64,000 nucleotides of DNA from a virus (lineage: Duplodnaviria > Caudoviricetes): the IMG/VR virus record IMGVR_UViG_3300008259_002461, one strand, 5' to 3'. This document shows, piece by piece, positions 39,301 through 46,212 of the stretch. Numbering within the stretch: position 1 is the first letter of the stretch; every line of letters starts with the position of its first letter. The position numbers and the translations under genes were made by a program. The notes under the pieces are model-generated. The model ran no database searches. It had not been told where the DNA came from and saw nothing but the letters and a program-made list of their open reading frames with translations.

Positions 39301-40052
39301 TTATGCAAGGAACACTTGCAGATGAAAATACTCAAACAAATGTTGAACTAATAACAGAATATATTAACGATACAGAAATTCGTTTCCGATTGCCTGCAAT
39401 GTCAGTAGGAGCATACGATCTAGTAATTGTAAATCCAACTGAAACAGATCCTTTCTTAATTCCTGCTACAAGTTTAGTGGTACCAAAAGCAATTAAATAT
39501 GTACAATTATTATTGCCATTTGCTCCGTTACCTAACCCAAGAACAGAAACTGGTTGGTATAAAGAACTTAGAGAAATAAATGTTTCAAGTATTATACCTG
39601 GCAGATACTATACAGTTAGCAAAATAGGCAATACAAGATGGAGTAATGTAGGCGGCGCAAGCGTAGTAGGATACGACTTTAGAGCAACAGCGACCGGTAC
39701 AGGAACAGGCACAGTTTACGACTATAGCAGTATACCATATGAATATTGGGAAGGCATGGACATTGATATATTCATTAGTGGTCGTAGACTACGTAAGAAT
39801 CCATTAACAATATGGGATTCTACAGTAGGACAAGATAGTCCAACGGGCGATATTACATTAGAAGCAGAATACGCTGTTAATAGAGTATTAGGTACTTATG
39901 TGCGATTTACTACTCCGCCTGCACCAGGAACTAAAATCGTTGTACAGAAACGTACAGGATTATTATGGAATGAACCAGGGGTCTCATTGAGACAAAGTTC
40001 TACAGAAATAGCCACTTTCTTACGCGAGAAAACTATTGATTTACCGCGATAA
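24399..40052 (+). CDS. Giant baseplate wedge protein, gp7-like, with FG-GAP propeller, CBM5/12-like repeats and an IPT/TIG domain
   Basis: 5217 aa directly after gp6. Contains HLPKYFRT..N.KFL..TLDQL, GxGY repeats, FG-GAP blades (FGFSIDV, YAESVAVS, FGEAVSIS, FGASLDF, FGQTIVA) and four WxxxxxYxxGDxVxY-type repeats. Confidence 0.8.
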   Translation: MAYDDRQTELPLPGDGSEKRKSEIHLPKYFRTESNTKFLSSTLDQLLQPGVAEKLNGYFGRKTATAFNPSDTYIADVSKDREDYQFEPASVITDALGNVEFFKNYNDLINQVKNFGGVNRNHSNINKEEFYTWDPHINWDKFTNFREYYWLPTGPQTLNIVGDVKEITSTYSVSLQDNGDNYSYIFSPDGLTPNPNFKLFRGVTYRFEINTPGLPLTFRTQRTLDDAFLIKQGINAQAVENGVIEITLNEATPNEIFYVADNNINLGGVIRVANIEESSFIDVETEILGKKTYTTKAGWSVTNGMKIRFVGEVIPAIYSNSEWYVEGVGDKIKLISDIDVEVSFPVGIDLNVPFDTEDGFDRLPFSSAIGFPRDKDYIVINRASSDGNFWSRYNRWFHKDVIELVASINNQPANLDQAARANRPIIEFEANLKLFNFGTTTKPVIDLIDDFSVDAFSSIEGTLGYSVDGVQLRNGMRILFLADTDPLVRGRIFKVEFIKFTGSGVAGQIALRETEDSLPQINENVLVTKGNTYTGSMWFFNGTEWKRAQEKTQVNQPPLFDAYDAAGVSFADTSKYEASNFKGTEIFSYKTGVGTADSVLGFPLVYRSIDNVGDILFDFDYNSDIVEYQIDTVPQTVPIASGYLKKYTDKNNFINLGAWTKADKLSSQAVILQYINDNTKINYPINCFDQSGFLTDLLVRVFVNNKVVKEGVDYELVLTADKFKAVKFIKNIKLNDVIKFKCFSNTAKNENGYYEIAANLEKNPLNEDVTDFTLGEVNDHVASIVENLQAFTGVFPGTGNLRDITDLSKYGRKFIKHSSPLNLSMYHLLDREANLVKSIRYARREYGKFKRQFLEIASSLGYEGPVKEHVDRILLEINKDKINKMPFYSSDMLPYGAAIRNRITVEDPDSRFYSLTQPFKYNEINTRAVGVYINNEQLLYQKDYEFNDNGFLIVTVQKEFGDVLDIYEYESTNGSYIPPTPTKLGLYPKFEPKIYIDNSYNNSVKVIQGHDGSIIAAYDDFRDALILELERRIFNNIKIDYNADLFDLNDYKPGAFRNTGFTREEVDQPIITDFVQWLQLVDQDYTEHKYFDREDSFTFNYSSLRSPTNTSLPGWWRGVFDHVYDTDKPNTNPWEMLGFKIKPNWWEEQYGPAPYTSENLLLWEDLEQGIIRIPGQPFKINSKYARPGLKNFLPVDADGNLLSPSDANICLKYDSLDIKNSFKFGDYSPVELAWRKSSEYPFAMLASWAINQPTRLLATGFDRSRQIRNKLGHIVYKDSGRHIQLADILFPNTVDDTTQVLTLGVVNYIADYMASSVTANFKNYNTRLKSIKNNLTIRLGGFTDKSKFKLILDSRTPLNKGNVFVPEENYRVFLNTSSPLRTISYSGVIVEKRQSGFIIRGYDSESPTFTYFEPFKTQRDTLINVGGISEIFTRWESGQLYREGSNVEYNNAYYKVITTHTATGVFDVTKFAKLPALPLKGGRSATFSKKFNTFQPITIPYGTLFKTVQEIVDFLLGYGNWLEANGFRFEYYDGEEKIISNWETSAREFLFWTTQNWGEGTLLALSPAADEINFTTEYSIVDNIYDNFYGYSILKADGKKLVEEFSRINRTDPNNFQLRPKNTADGVYAIQVPVVQKEHIVLIDNFTVFGDVIYDQPTGYRQERIKVLGYRTSDWDGSLNIPGFLYDAATVTDWKQWTDYAIGDLVKYKEFYYTAKNKIAGAENFEINSWARLPSRPESGLITNFEYKVNQFADFYNLDSDNFDVTQQKLAQHLIGYQKREYLENIINDEVSQYKFYQGMIQDKGTKNALTKLFDVLSSNDKESLEFFEEWAIKEGQYGASEGFDEVEFKLDESKFRNTPQPFELVSSVPGGETDLIYRIRPFEVFKKPLNYNHKPFPVRESSIGYTRDAGYVNQEDVQFIVPSYYDILNINIDEFSNKNYVWVGTEKQSWNVYQHVLSDYLVTKLVGNANAVSIGDPTKNQFKLSLNKAATDIKAGDIIGLYDLIISTRGEEDSTTIPIVTQETSTVQGFFKVLAVNVNELIIDTDLTVSDIDDCRGLLTRLVSSRVENINEANILTQGTIDNNDLVWIDNDGVDWRVIKNNQAFDLLQKIPAEEVGISNKFGFSIDVDSRNTVIVVGSPGASTNGKAFVYTRGANSQNFQFTQIIEPTDNLADLGQQYAESVAVSPDGKFIVVGSPNASNIKTLFRGDYDEETDYQNGESVLFSDQLWEAVVDIRGADDSLEFSSFGSIIEILQKYNITAGEITFNNLITGNYPFKNVETNHILVRAPADQYAGTGPGDRVFLDWYLRTTANQDQLPLTLTARQPFGGAVTGFTEANLEGGLIIQKKIDAVLYVETFANLPEIGEQIDSEGVFGYVAYVYQDEGAATVYVEGSFGRWQPTGSLFTEQGEFVGEYVRVAPIETLDVSDDLGGYWWFNTTSTINVGLVNEDEGRALAVYNVIPNGKADPGARGGNIYDYNNTIVNSENNINSYIRTLTYQGAPGAYNNLNIIPSDLFVVRAPNSLTTKLSTGDRVTLEVVNLPNYSDGGFVDISPLGITTFNTNKTHTIVDVWSGYINFNLDETDTFGNPFEPRVGQFVRDRNTGATGLITFYQRNGLSATIFVKNVVGTWSRGRNFGNVSSIEFIGEPTDPSPVYSVTRRMGEIRSVSLGNASLGIGGLVVFRLAAPIVTVPVQAVITGAEYIIYRDDPILGIATQPNIPSQANFDWRPIYNVSVNADGFVVNTDNLGMFTVYAKEASTTYSLVGSFIVPEIQDNLRLGSKVLIRKNNNLYKLFVGCRGSGTSNNPGRIYFVNYGLTADGTFYNWELAKNKKYRGEFGPEKEYFINDIVFLDGIFYQAQTNIAPGLQFNILDWERVAFDGLQYTGIDYVGYIPNDTNFVPGNDSSLNLDQEGLLEFGTIFDADEKGEVVVVTAIYNNTKPNRVVIYRAINGNYIKAQELLATNTTSNFGEAVSISRDGTLIAVGASLDSADIDSQGAVYVYRQVAGEFVLDLNNNTGQKLTSANAKRKELFGASLDFDGDTLYVSAHNSYSDEITTFDNHAKPIFNYLLGYDNDQDPIYSQFVLDQESLLNEKRTTFDNNFTNFKNKILGNGVVYVYDRIENSLVYGQTLDFNDTEARSFGQTIVAKQNHLYTALTDFTNTGGKKGAVFDFRRPENKRVWETYRVPKKIPNLDKIKRVLIYDNLKNEIITNLDYIDPVQGKIAGIADQEIRYKTVFDPATYNIGLNGATVNKTSTWGAEQTGQLWWDLSITKFINPYQSNVIYSTSNWNRLFVGSSIKVYEWVETELTPVEWDEIAESPDGLSLGITGKSKYGNNAYVSKRVYDPIAERFTPLNYFWVEGKTTVPDIESRSISAKTVADFIADPASIGHKFISFISEDTFALWNCGSLIKDTDCILNVQYWTSSDKNSNIHNQYRILTEGLGSSKPSTDTERKWFDSLIGYDEQSRAVPNPNLSPRERYGILNKPRQSWFVNRTEALKQFIERTNSVLRNNLIVESRDISELFQSDLPPTNTSRLYDTVVDTEIDLQFVGVARAERAVLTPIVEDGKIVRVDIKERGRGYKVVPTFEILGTGSGANIELTINNLGQVVSAIVLDAGNNYKSDTQIIVRRFNVLVSNDSSIRGKWAIYERINETRSWNRIISQSYDTTAYWEYLDWYADGYNSFTEIDFVIDQSFSLQTLDDDLGDIIKILTVGTGGWLLLEKIDVQDTVDYTVNYKTIGKQNGTIQFKSDLYNLQNSQVGFDSQSYDTKFFDSQPIEEVRIILNTIRNKIFTDNLEVEYNKLFFASLRYVFSEQGYVDWAFKTSFVKARHNVGDLKEKLTFQNDNLASYEDYLQEVKPYKTKLREYLSTYDKLENSSSVITDFDLPPAYDPIRKVISPVSVKVINGLLVGDSVSSYPNKYWLENVAYQIVAVKVSDPGEGYITAPVISIESESGEGAIAVASLGPNGTIASVTVTNPGSGYLTIPRVTINGATRDGGRSAVLAAEIGNSLVRNIHSVVKFDRVSGSFLITQLNQSERFVGTGSKTQFNLKYPMDMRTNTIEITINGVVVLGSQYTYENVLDRDNGYDRYSGRISFVLPPENLREIIVNYKKSIRLLSAADRINLFYDPKTGQIGKDISQLMEGIDYGGVEVRSYGFVGPEGWDSDRWYENAWDLFDENFDEESFETDGSTLTFQLSKPLAKDVEYNVYINDVRVDDNNYDGTTSTDNLVNKQAFMAPVVGDGITDTFTFENEIGYRTYLEQNSASGQNNPPIEIVTIRRSTSDGSRELNAESFDTALIGGDLAYTTAKGIKAEEITVDGDGFVTPTTSKGPEEIIPGQIMDTLDITVYERPVGGSSIMYSSNHRGDGVTKEFFMQGLPFSFSSMLVKVDYEILTQQSDFRIDWDKKSVVFYQAPTAGSEIHLLAMGLSGDNILDYDEFTANGSVAEFLTNVRWTDNINGYVTVNGEVKPFELFESDDSYAVANNVVIKFVQPPLAGTKIQFALFESSAITFSQVTVDDFIADGSSTSYQISQAPFNQEPVQFYTLVTVNDKVLNAGYVQRFDVTTSRQYQLKKWQVPVGSITGDKIDVYLNNRKLSLLQEWTYEGAGSFNPAISPDAQEGSTVILNSGVGVPGDTLRVHLIADGEYRFGYFEIGEDSSDTFVGTPDTIYFDDTYPAGTKIRVYQFSNHDSQGIERQKFDVIERTQMSEASDGYHEYRTLKNGLIQLREQAVDVAYIWVSVNGTLLTPTADYILLENKRYIKMITPLNDNDVVDIIHFSNPPVSNKYGWRIFKDMLNRYHYKRLGNDARYTLAEPLQYYDKIITLDNAEGLPTPAVRSRIPGVIFINGERIEYFRREGNVLKQLRRGTLGTGVKTVHSLGDRVYDQSIDSNIPYKDEVVTFEAFSGNYKDMSVDYNNIGAISVNSITYTANNNTAFPLGYEELDNLGLGLRQKCVIKGSGFRPVVKVIMQGTLADENTQTNVELITEYINDTEIRFRLPAMSVGAYDLVIVNPTETDPFLIPATSLVVPKAIKYVQLLLPFAPLPNPRTETGWYKELREINVSSIIPGRYYTVSKIGNTRWSNVGGASVVGYDFRATATGTGTGTVYDYSSIPYEYWEGMDIDIFISGRRLRKNPLTIWDSTVGQDSPTGDITLEAEYAVNRVLGTYVRFTTPPAPGTKIVVQKRTGLLWNEPGVSLRQSSTEIATFLREKTIDLPR

Positions 40053-40055
40053 ATA
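40048..40055 (+). promoter_or_regulatory. Late promoter GATAAATA overlapping the gp7-like stop codon
   Basis: Near-consensus, 18 nt upstream of ATG 40074. Confidence 0.6.
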
Positions 40056-40073
40056 CATGTACAGGACATAAAC

Positions 40074-40688
40074 ATGACAGATAACTTTAAAGAAAATAAC
40101 GGAATTTTACTCCAAGGTCACATAAAAATTCACGATCCGATTAGTGGAGAAGTACTCATCAATAAGCGTAATGCTATACATTACGAAAATATGAGTATTT
40201 CTTTAGCAGAAAGTTTAGCAAATGCTGGACAGGGTTGGATTTATGAAATGAGTTTTGGCAATGGAGGTACTAGTATAGACCCAACAGGGATTATTACGTA
40301 TCTAACACCTAACTCAACCGGTGCTAATGCAAGTTTATATAACCAAACATTTACTAAAGTTGTTGATGACAGAAGTGTAAACAATATTGATCCTGTAAGA
40401 AATAAGATTGAAACTCGTCATGTAAGCGGAACAAATTATACAGATATTCTAGTTACTTGTTTATTAGATTATGGCGAGCCAAACGGACAAGAAGCGTTTG
40501 ATACAGCAACAGATGTTAAGAGTTTATATGTTTTTGACGAACTTGGTCTTAAAGCATTTAATCCTACAGGTTCAGGACGACTATTAACACATGTAATTTT
40601 TCACCCTATACAAAAAAGTTTAAACAGACTAATTCAAATTGATTATACAGTCCGTGTTCAGAGCTTAACTGGTTTTAACGAGGTATAA
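40074..40688 (+). CDS. Baseplate wedge/fibre-attachment protein, gp8-like
   Basis: Sits after gp7. EMSFGNGG, FDELGL and LLTHVIFHPIQKS.NR.IQIDY resemble DUF3751-type fibre-attachment folds. Confidence 0.55.
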   Translation: MTDNFKENNGILLQGHIKIHDPISGEVLINKRNAIHYENMSISLAESLANAGQGWIYEMSFGNGGTSIDPTGIITYLTPNSTGANASLYNQTFTKVVDDRSVNNIDPVRNKIETRHVSGTNYTDILVTCLLDYGEPNGQEAFDTATDVKSLYVFDELGLKAFNPTGSGRLLTHVIFHPIQKSLNRLIQIDYTVRVQSLTGFNEV

Positions 40689-40690
40689 TC

Positions 40691-42763
40691 ATGAGCTATA
40701 CAATTTCATATACAGACGTTGCTAATAAAGGTACTATTGTAGTTGAAGACGGTACTGTTAATACAGAAACTAGTATAGGTATCCCTGGAAGAAATACAAC
40801 TGCTTATGGTGCAGTTATTGCAGAAAGTTTTTTACATCTTTTAGAAAATTTTGCAAATTCAACAGAACCTAACAATCCTTCGGAAGGGCAGTTATGGTAT
40901 GATAATACCTTAGGAACCGAAACATTAAAAGTATATGACGGAACTAATTGGGTACCTGCATCAGGTATTATTAAACAGATCAATACTCCAGCAATTGCAC
41001 AGATTGGTGATTTATGGGTTGATACAGACAATCAACAATTATATCTATTTACAGGCGGTGGTTGGATTTTAGTAGGTCCTAGTTTTTCACAAGGTCTTTC
41101 AACAGGAGCAACTCCTGCACAGATTTTAGGTTCTGATAACGTATCCTATAATGTATTACAGATTGAAGTTGGATCTGAAATTATAGCAATCATTTCTAAT
41201 AATATACCGTTTAGTCCAAAAGCAACTGTTGCAGGATTTGCAACTATTAATCCTGGTGTAAATTTAATTAATAAAGATACTGATAATGACGGTCAAAGCA
41301 ATTTTAAATTTTACGGTACTGCGGAAAAAGCTGAAAATTTAATTGTAGCAAACGAAAGTATATCAGCAGCAAACTTTTTAAGAGGCGATAGCACCAGTAC
41401 TACAAGTTTTCCTTTAAACGTACAAAATAATCAAGGTTTAAGTGTTGGTATTAATGCAGAATTAACTGTAGGTGTTGAAGGTAACGCCGGCATTATACAA
41501 CAAAATATTGGTGGCGCAAACATTGACATTCGTGTAAGAAATAACGATGTTACTCGAACGTTGATGCGATTAGATAGTGCGTTACGTGTTGGTATTAATA
41601 ACGAAGCGCCAGAAAAAGAATTAGATGTTACTGGTGATATTCAAAATAGTGGATCGTTATTAGTTAATGGCACTACAGAATCAACAGTGTTTAACAACGG
41701 TGCTGTAATAATTAAAGGTGGTACTGGTATTGCTAAAAATTTAAATGTTGGTGGCAACAGTAGAATATCTGGAACATTAACATCAGCGCAAATATCCCCA
41801 GACGATAATAACATAAGAGATATTGGATCACCGGCATTTAAATATAGAAATATTTATGCTTCAACATTTACAGGAAATTTAGTAGGTAACGTTAGTGGTA
41901 CAATTACTGGACGTTCTACATCTTCAGACAGATTAACTTCTAGAACAACGTTTGCTATTAGAGGAGACGTTGAATCAGTTGTTGATGTAGTGTTTGACGG
42001 GCAGTTCCAAGACCCAACATTTAATAACGGTACAGGAGTACCGGCTGGCGAGTTGCCGTTACGTAAAGTTTTAAGAACAGAAATATCAAATACATTCATT
42101 GCCGATAAAACTGCAATAACAGAGTCAGACAGCAAAGATGAATTAATTATTAACTCTGTATCAGGGGATATTGGTTTAAAGAAAATAACTAGAGAAAATC
42201 TTTTAAAGTCGGTTCCTGTCAATCCACCAGGCGTACTAGTGCCGTACGCAGGAGATGCAGCACCGGTTGGTTGGTTATTGTGCGATGGCAAAGAGTATGA
42301 ACAAGAATCATTTAAAGAATTATTTGCAGTAATTGGATTTAAATTTGGTAGTAGAAGTTCAGTTACTCCAGGCTTTTTTAAAATCCCAGATCTTAGAGGT
42401 AGATTACCTTTAGGCGCTGATAATATGGGCGGCGCAAGTGCTAATATTATTGTTGCTGAATCTGCAGATAACATTGGTACGTTTGATGGAACAGAAACTA
42501 AACCAATTACACTTGCAAACCTACCAGAACATAAGCATGATTTACGAGACAGCACACGTCAGCAATTTTATGCTATCGCAGACGTATTAGGCACACCTAC
42601 TGACGATAATGTTCAGATATATGATGCTCCTACTGGCACAGGGTTAGGTCAGGCTCTTTCAAACAGCGGCGGCGTTATTTCTAGTGTAGGGTTAGGAGAA
42701 CCGTTCAATGTTATGCCTCCAACTATAACACTAAATTATATCATTTATACAGGAAGAGCATAA
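40691..42763 (+). CDS. Baseplate-anchored fibre protein with a C-terminal phage tail collar domain
   Basis: Shared N-terminal module LLENFA...P...GQLWYD...GDLWVD. Tail collar PPGVLVPYAG..APVGWLLCDG...FKIPDLRGR at about 42224-42420. Confidence 0.8.
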   Translation: MSYTISYTDVANKGTIVVEDGTVNTETSIGIPGRNTTAYGAVIAESFLHLLENFANSTEPNNPSEGQLWYDNTLGTETLKVYDGTNWVPASGIIKQINTPAIAQIGDLWVDTDNQQLYLFTGGGWILVGPSFSQGLSTGATPAQILGSDNVSYNVLQIEVGSEIIAIISNNIPFSPKATVAGFATINPGVNLINKDTDNDGQSNFKFYGTAEKAENLIVANESISAANFLRGDSTSTTSFPLNVQNNQGLSVGINAELTVGVEGNAGIIQQNIGGANIDIRVRNNDVTRTLMRLDSALRVGINNEAPEKELDVTGDIQNSGSLLVNGTTESTVFNNGAVIIKGGTGIAKNLNVGGNSRISGTLTSAQISPDDNNIRDIGSPAFKYRNIYASTFTGNLVGNVSGTITGRSTSSDRLTSRTTFAIRGDVESVVDVVFDGQFQDPTFNNGTGVPAGELPLRKVLRTEISNTFIADKTAITESDSKDELIINSVSGDIGLKKITRENLLKSVPVNPPGVLVPYAGDAAPVGWLLCDGKEYEQESFKELFAVIGFKFGSRSSVTPGFFKIPDLRGRLPLGADNMGGASANIIVAESADNIGTFDGTETKPITLANLPEHKHDLRDSTRQQFYAIADVLGTPTDDNVQIYDAPTGTGLGQALSNSGGVISSVGLGEPFNVMPPTITLNYIIYTGRA

Positions 42764-44646
42764 TGAGTTACAGACTTAATAAAACCAACGGCGAACTACT
42801 AATAGAGTTAGTAGACGGACAAATTGATGCTACTTCAACGGATATAGTTTTAGTAGGAAGAAATTATAAAGGCTTTGGTGAATTTTTAAACGAAAACTAT
42901 ATTAAGCTTCTTGAAAATTTTGCAAAGACAAGTGCTCCAGGCAAGCCTTTAACTGGACAACTGTGGTATGATACCGCAGAAGAACGACTAAAGATTTACA
43001 ACGGAGAAACATTTAAGGCTGCAGGCGGACCAGTAGTAAGTAATGTAAGACCTAATCTAGTAGTTGGTGACTTATGGATTGATAGTGAAAATAACAAGTT
43101 GTATTTTTTCGATGGTTCGGATCTAGTATTAGTAGGCCCTAATTATGACGCAGCACAGGGAAGAACAGGATTTGAAGCAGTTACTATTTTAGATAGAAAT
43201 AGTCAAGACCAAACAGTATTATTCATGTATGTTGCTGGCCAATTAACTGGAATCATATCTAGAACTACATTTGTTCCTCTAATCAATATTGTTGGATATC
43301 CATTAAACCCGGATGACCTAAGTACACCTCGACGACAAATTGTTAAACAGGGTCTTAATCCTGTAAATTTAGATTTTTGGTTTAGAGGAACATCACAGAG
43401 TACACGATCTCTAATCAGTGATGCTGGCGAAGAATTTACTGAAGCCAACTTCATGAAAACAGACAGAAATACTACAACTACTGGTAATATTAAAATTAGA
43501 AATAGTGGTGGTTTAAGTATTGGTGTTAGTGATACAGAATTTCTTGTTTTAAAAATTGCAAGCGAAATAAGCACTATTGAAACTCAACGATCTAATAAAG
43601 ATTTTACAATTAGAACACGTCGAGGAAACTCTTTTGATAATGCGTTATATATTGATGCTACAAATAAACGTGCCGGCATTTGGACAGTAACTCCGTCAAC
43701 TGATCTTGACATAAACGGAAGCACTAGAATTACTGGAGATCTTGAAGTTGAAGGTAATTTTACAGTTAAAGGTGAAACTTTATTTTTAGATGTATCTAAT
43801 TTAAGAATTGAAGATAAAACAATTGAACTAGCTTCTACATCTGACAGCACATTACTTACTCCTGAAGCAGCCGACGGCGCTGGAATTATTGTAAGAATGC
43901 AAGGTGATAGTAAAACATTAACTTGGGAATATGAGACTGGCGCTTGGACATTTAGTGAAGATCTTAATTTAGTAGCCGGAAAATCTTATAAAATAGGTAA
44001 TGTTACTAAATTATCAACAAACAGATTAGATGATAGCATTTTATATGCTGAAGGATTAATTAGTATTGGTACTTTAGTAGAATTAAATGTTGACAATTTT
44101 AATTTTAACGGTTCTAATATGGTAGTATCGGGCCCACTAGGAATTTCGTCAACGGGCACAATAGTCATAAACAATCAAAATATTACAGGAGTGTTAGATC
44201 CAACTACTAACTTTGACGTAGCAAATAAACGCTATGTAGATCAAACAGTTGCATCAGAACCTCTTGTAATGAGTTTAGACTTAACAGGGTTATCAAATCC
44301 TAATGCATCTTTTGCATCAGATGGTCCTTATAATGATGTTATTGGGATTCTCAATTTTATGTATCCTGCAATAGAAAAACAACCAGGAACAATTGCTAGA
44401 GTTTATTGTATTTCTTATACAGGAACAACAGTTTCAGGGATCGATGTTACAGCAGCATCTAATAAATCTTATGTTTCAGTCTATATAGATCCTGATGACA
44501 GTACTACTCCACAGCTAGAAAGCGTATTGCAGGATATTAACTTTGCTACAGTTTCGGGTATTGCAAATCTAAGTCCAAGCAGAGCAACTATGGAATTTAC
44601 AGTAAACAGCGGAGTTTGGCAATGGGTTCGTACAAACCCACTATAA
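42763..44646 (+). CDS. Baseplate-anchored fibre/structural protein, paralog of its neighbours
   Basis: Same N-terminal module (GRNYKGFGE..NENYIKLLENFA...GQLWYD...GDLWID). Confidence 0.75.
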   Translation: MSYRLNKTNGELLIELVDGQIDATSTDIVLVGRNYKGFGEFLNENYIKLLENFAKTSAPGKPLTGQLWYDTAEERLKIYNGETFKAAGGPVVSNVRPNLVVGDLWIDSENNKLYFFDGSDLVLVGPNYDAAQGRTGFEAVTILDRNSQDQTVLFMYVAGQLTGIISRTTFVPLINIVGYPLNPDDLSTPRRQIVKQGLNPVNLDFWFRGTSQSTRSLISDAGEEFTEANFMKTDRNTTTTGNIKIRNSGGLSIGVSDTEFLVLKIASEISTIETQRSNKDFTIRTRRGNSFDNALYIDATNKRAGIWTVTPSTDLDINGSTRITGDLEVEGNFTVKGETLFLDVSNLRIEDKTIELASTSDSTLLTPEAADGAGIIVRMQGDSKTLTWEYETGAWTFSEDLNLVAGKSYKIGNVTKLSTNRLDDSILYAEGLISIGTLVELNVDNFNFNGSNMVVSGPLGISSTGTIVINNQNITGVLDPTTNFDVANKRYVDQTVASEPLVMSLDLTGLSNPNASFASDGPYNDVIGILNFMYPAIEKQPGTIARVYCISYTGTTVSGIDVTAASNKSYVSVYIDPDDSTTPQLESVLQDINFATVSGIANLSPSRATMEFTVNSGVWQWVRTNPL

Positions 44647-44648
44647 TG

Positions 44649-44656
44649 GATAAATA
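44649..44656 (+). promoter_or_regulatory. Late promoter GATAAATA
   Basis: Intergenic, upstream of ATG 44683. Confidence 0.6.
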
Positions 44657-44682
44657 CTACATCGCTTTAGGGGTTAAACATA

Positions 44683-46185
44683 ATGGCATATACAATTGAT
44701 AGATATAATAAAGGTCAACTAACCGTAATTGAAGACGGTACTATTGATCAAAGCACCGACTTAAAATTAGTAGGTAAGAATTATGCAGGTTACGGTGAAA
44801 TACAAAACGAAAACTTTGTATTTTTACTTGAAAACTTTTCAGGAACAAATGCGCCTCCTAGAGCAGTAAGCGGACAGCTTTGGTTTGACAGTGCAAATAG
44901 CAAACTTAAATTTTATGACGGATTCCAGTGGAGAACCACAGGCGGTGCTGAAGTAAGTAGTAATGTTCCAACCGGTCTAAAGCGAGGCGATTTTTGGTGG
45001 GATACAGCTAATGAACAGTTGTATACATACAACGGTATTGATTTTGTACTTATTGGACCACAAAGTGCAGGATCAGGACAAACACAGATTGTAAGTCGTA
45101 CAGTTAGAGATACCGGTGGTGGATCAAGAGGCATTATTACAGCAGTTGTTAATGATGAAGTTATTTTTGTCATAAGCAATCAAGATTTTACTATTGACAC
45201 TAGTGATGTTGCTAGTAACATTTCTGGATTTGACAGAATCAAACAAGGTATTACATTAAAGAATACGTTAAATAGCTCAGGCGGAGTTACATCAGGCGAT
45301 TGGAGATTCTGGGGAACTGCATCTAACACTGAAAAATTAGGTGGTCAACCTGCGGCTAATTATGTTCGATCTGACAATCCAACATTTAACTCTTTAGCAT
45401 CTTTTAGAGATGCAGGTATATTAGTAGGTGATTCTGGAGATTTTAGAATCAGTGTTGAATCAACAACTACTAATGCTATAATTGCAAACGAAGTTGGTAA
45501 TCAAATTGTTTTTAAAGCAAAGGATCTTTTAGGCAACATCAAAAATCCAATGCGTATATTTGCTGATAATATTATACCAGGATTTGTTGCAGGTACTGAA
45601 TTTACTCCAAATCCAACTAGATTAGGTTCAACAATTGGTACAGCTGATTATCCTTGGCTAAACATATATGCAGACACATTTACAGGTTTAGCTCAACGTG
45701 CTAGTGCTCTTGTAGTAGCAGGCGAAAATAGACTTGGTTCATTAACAGCAACACCTAACACTGTTGCTATTAGAAATAATGATGGAGATATTTTTGCAAA
45801 TGTATTTCAAGGAGTTGCAGCTGAAGCACGATATGCTGACTTAGCAGAAAAATATACAACTGATCAAGAACATATTCCAGGAACTATTATGATGGTATGT
45901 GAACATCCAGATCATGAGTTAGAAGCATGTCAAAGCACTGGCTTTCCTGTAGGTGTTGTGTCAACAGCGCCAGCATTTACAATGAATGCCGAAGCTGATG
46001 GTCAAGCCATTGCTCTAAAAGGCAGAGTTCCAGTAAGAATTATAGGCGCTGTTAAAAAGGGTGATATAATATATGCAGGAGACCACGGCGTAGGATCATT
46101 ATCAGGCCCTTATAAAATTGGTGTAGCATTAGAAAGTAATTCTTTAGAAAATGAAAAATTAATCGAGTGTGTACTAGTATTATAA
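44683..46185 (+). CDS. Fibre/spike protein with a C-terminal peptidase G2-like intramolecular chaperone
   Basis: Shared N-terminal module. C-terminal RYADLAEKY...VGVVST.P...ALKGRVPVRIIGAVKKGD...IGVALE resembles the phi29 gp12-type DYAE autocleavage domain. Confidence 0.65.
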   Translation: MAYTIDRYNKGQLTVIEDGTIDQSTDLKLVGKNYAGYGEIQNENFVFLLENFSGTNAPPRAVSGQLWFDSANSKLKFYDGFQWRTTGGAEVSSNVPTGLKRGDFWWDTANEQLYTYNGIDFVLIGPQSAGSGQTQIVSRTVRDTGGGSRGIITAVVNDEVIFVISNQDFTIDTSDVASNISGFDRIKQGITLKNTLNSSGGVTSGDWRFWGTASNTEKLGGQPAANYVRSDNPTFNSLASFRDAGILVGDSGDFRISVESTTTNAIIANEVGNQIVFKAKDLLGNIKNPMRIFADNIIPGFVAGTEFTPNPTRLGSTIGTADYPWLNIYADTFTGLAQRASALVVAGENRLGSLTATPNTVAIRNNDGDIFANVFQGVAAEARYADLAEKYTTDQEHIPGTIMMVCEHPDHELEACQSTGFPVGVVSTAPAFTMNAEADGQAIALKGRVPVRIIGAVKKGDIIYAGDHGVGSLSGPYKIGVALESNSLENEKLIECVLVL

Positions 46186-46188
46186 ATA
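46181..46188 (+). promoter_or_regulatory. Late promoter TATAAATA
   Basis: Exact consensus overlapping the stop codon, with SD AGGA before ATG 46213. Confidence 0.65.
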
Positions 46189-46212
46189 TAGTAGTATTTA
46201 ATAGGAAATAAC

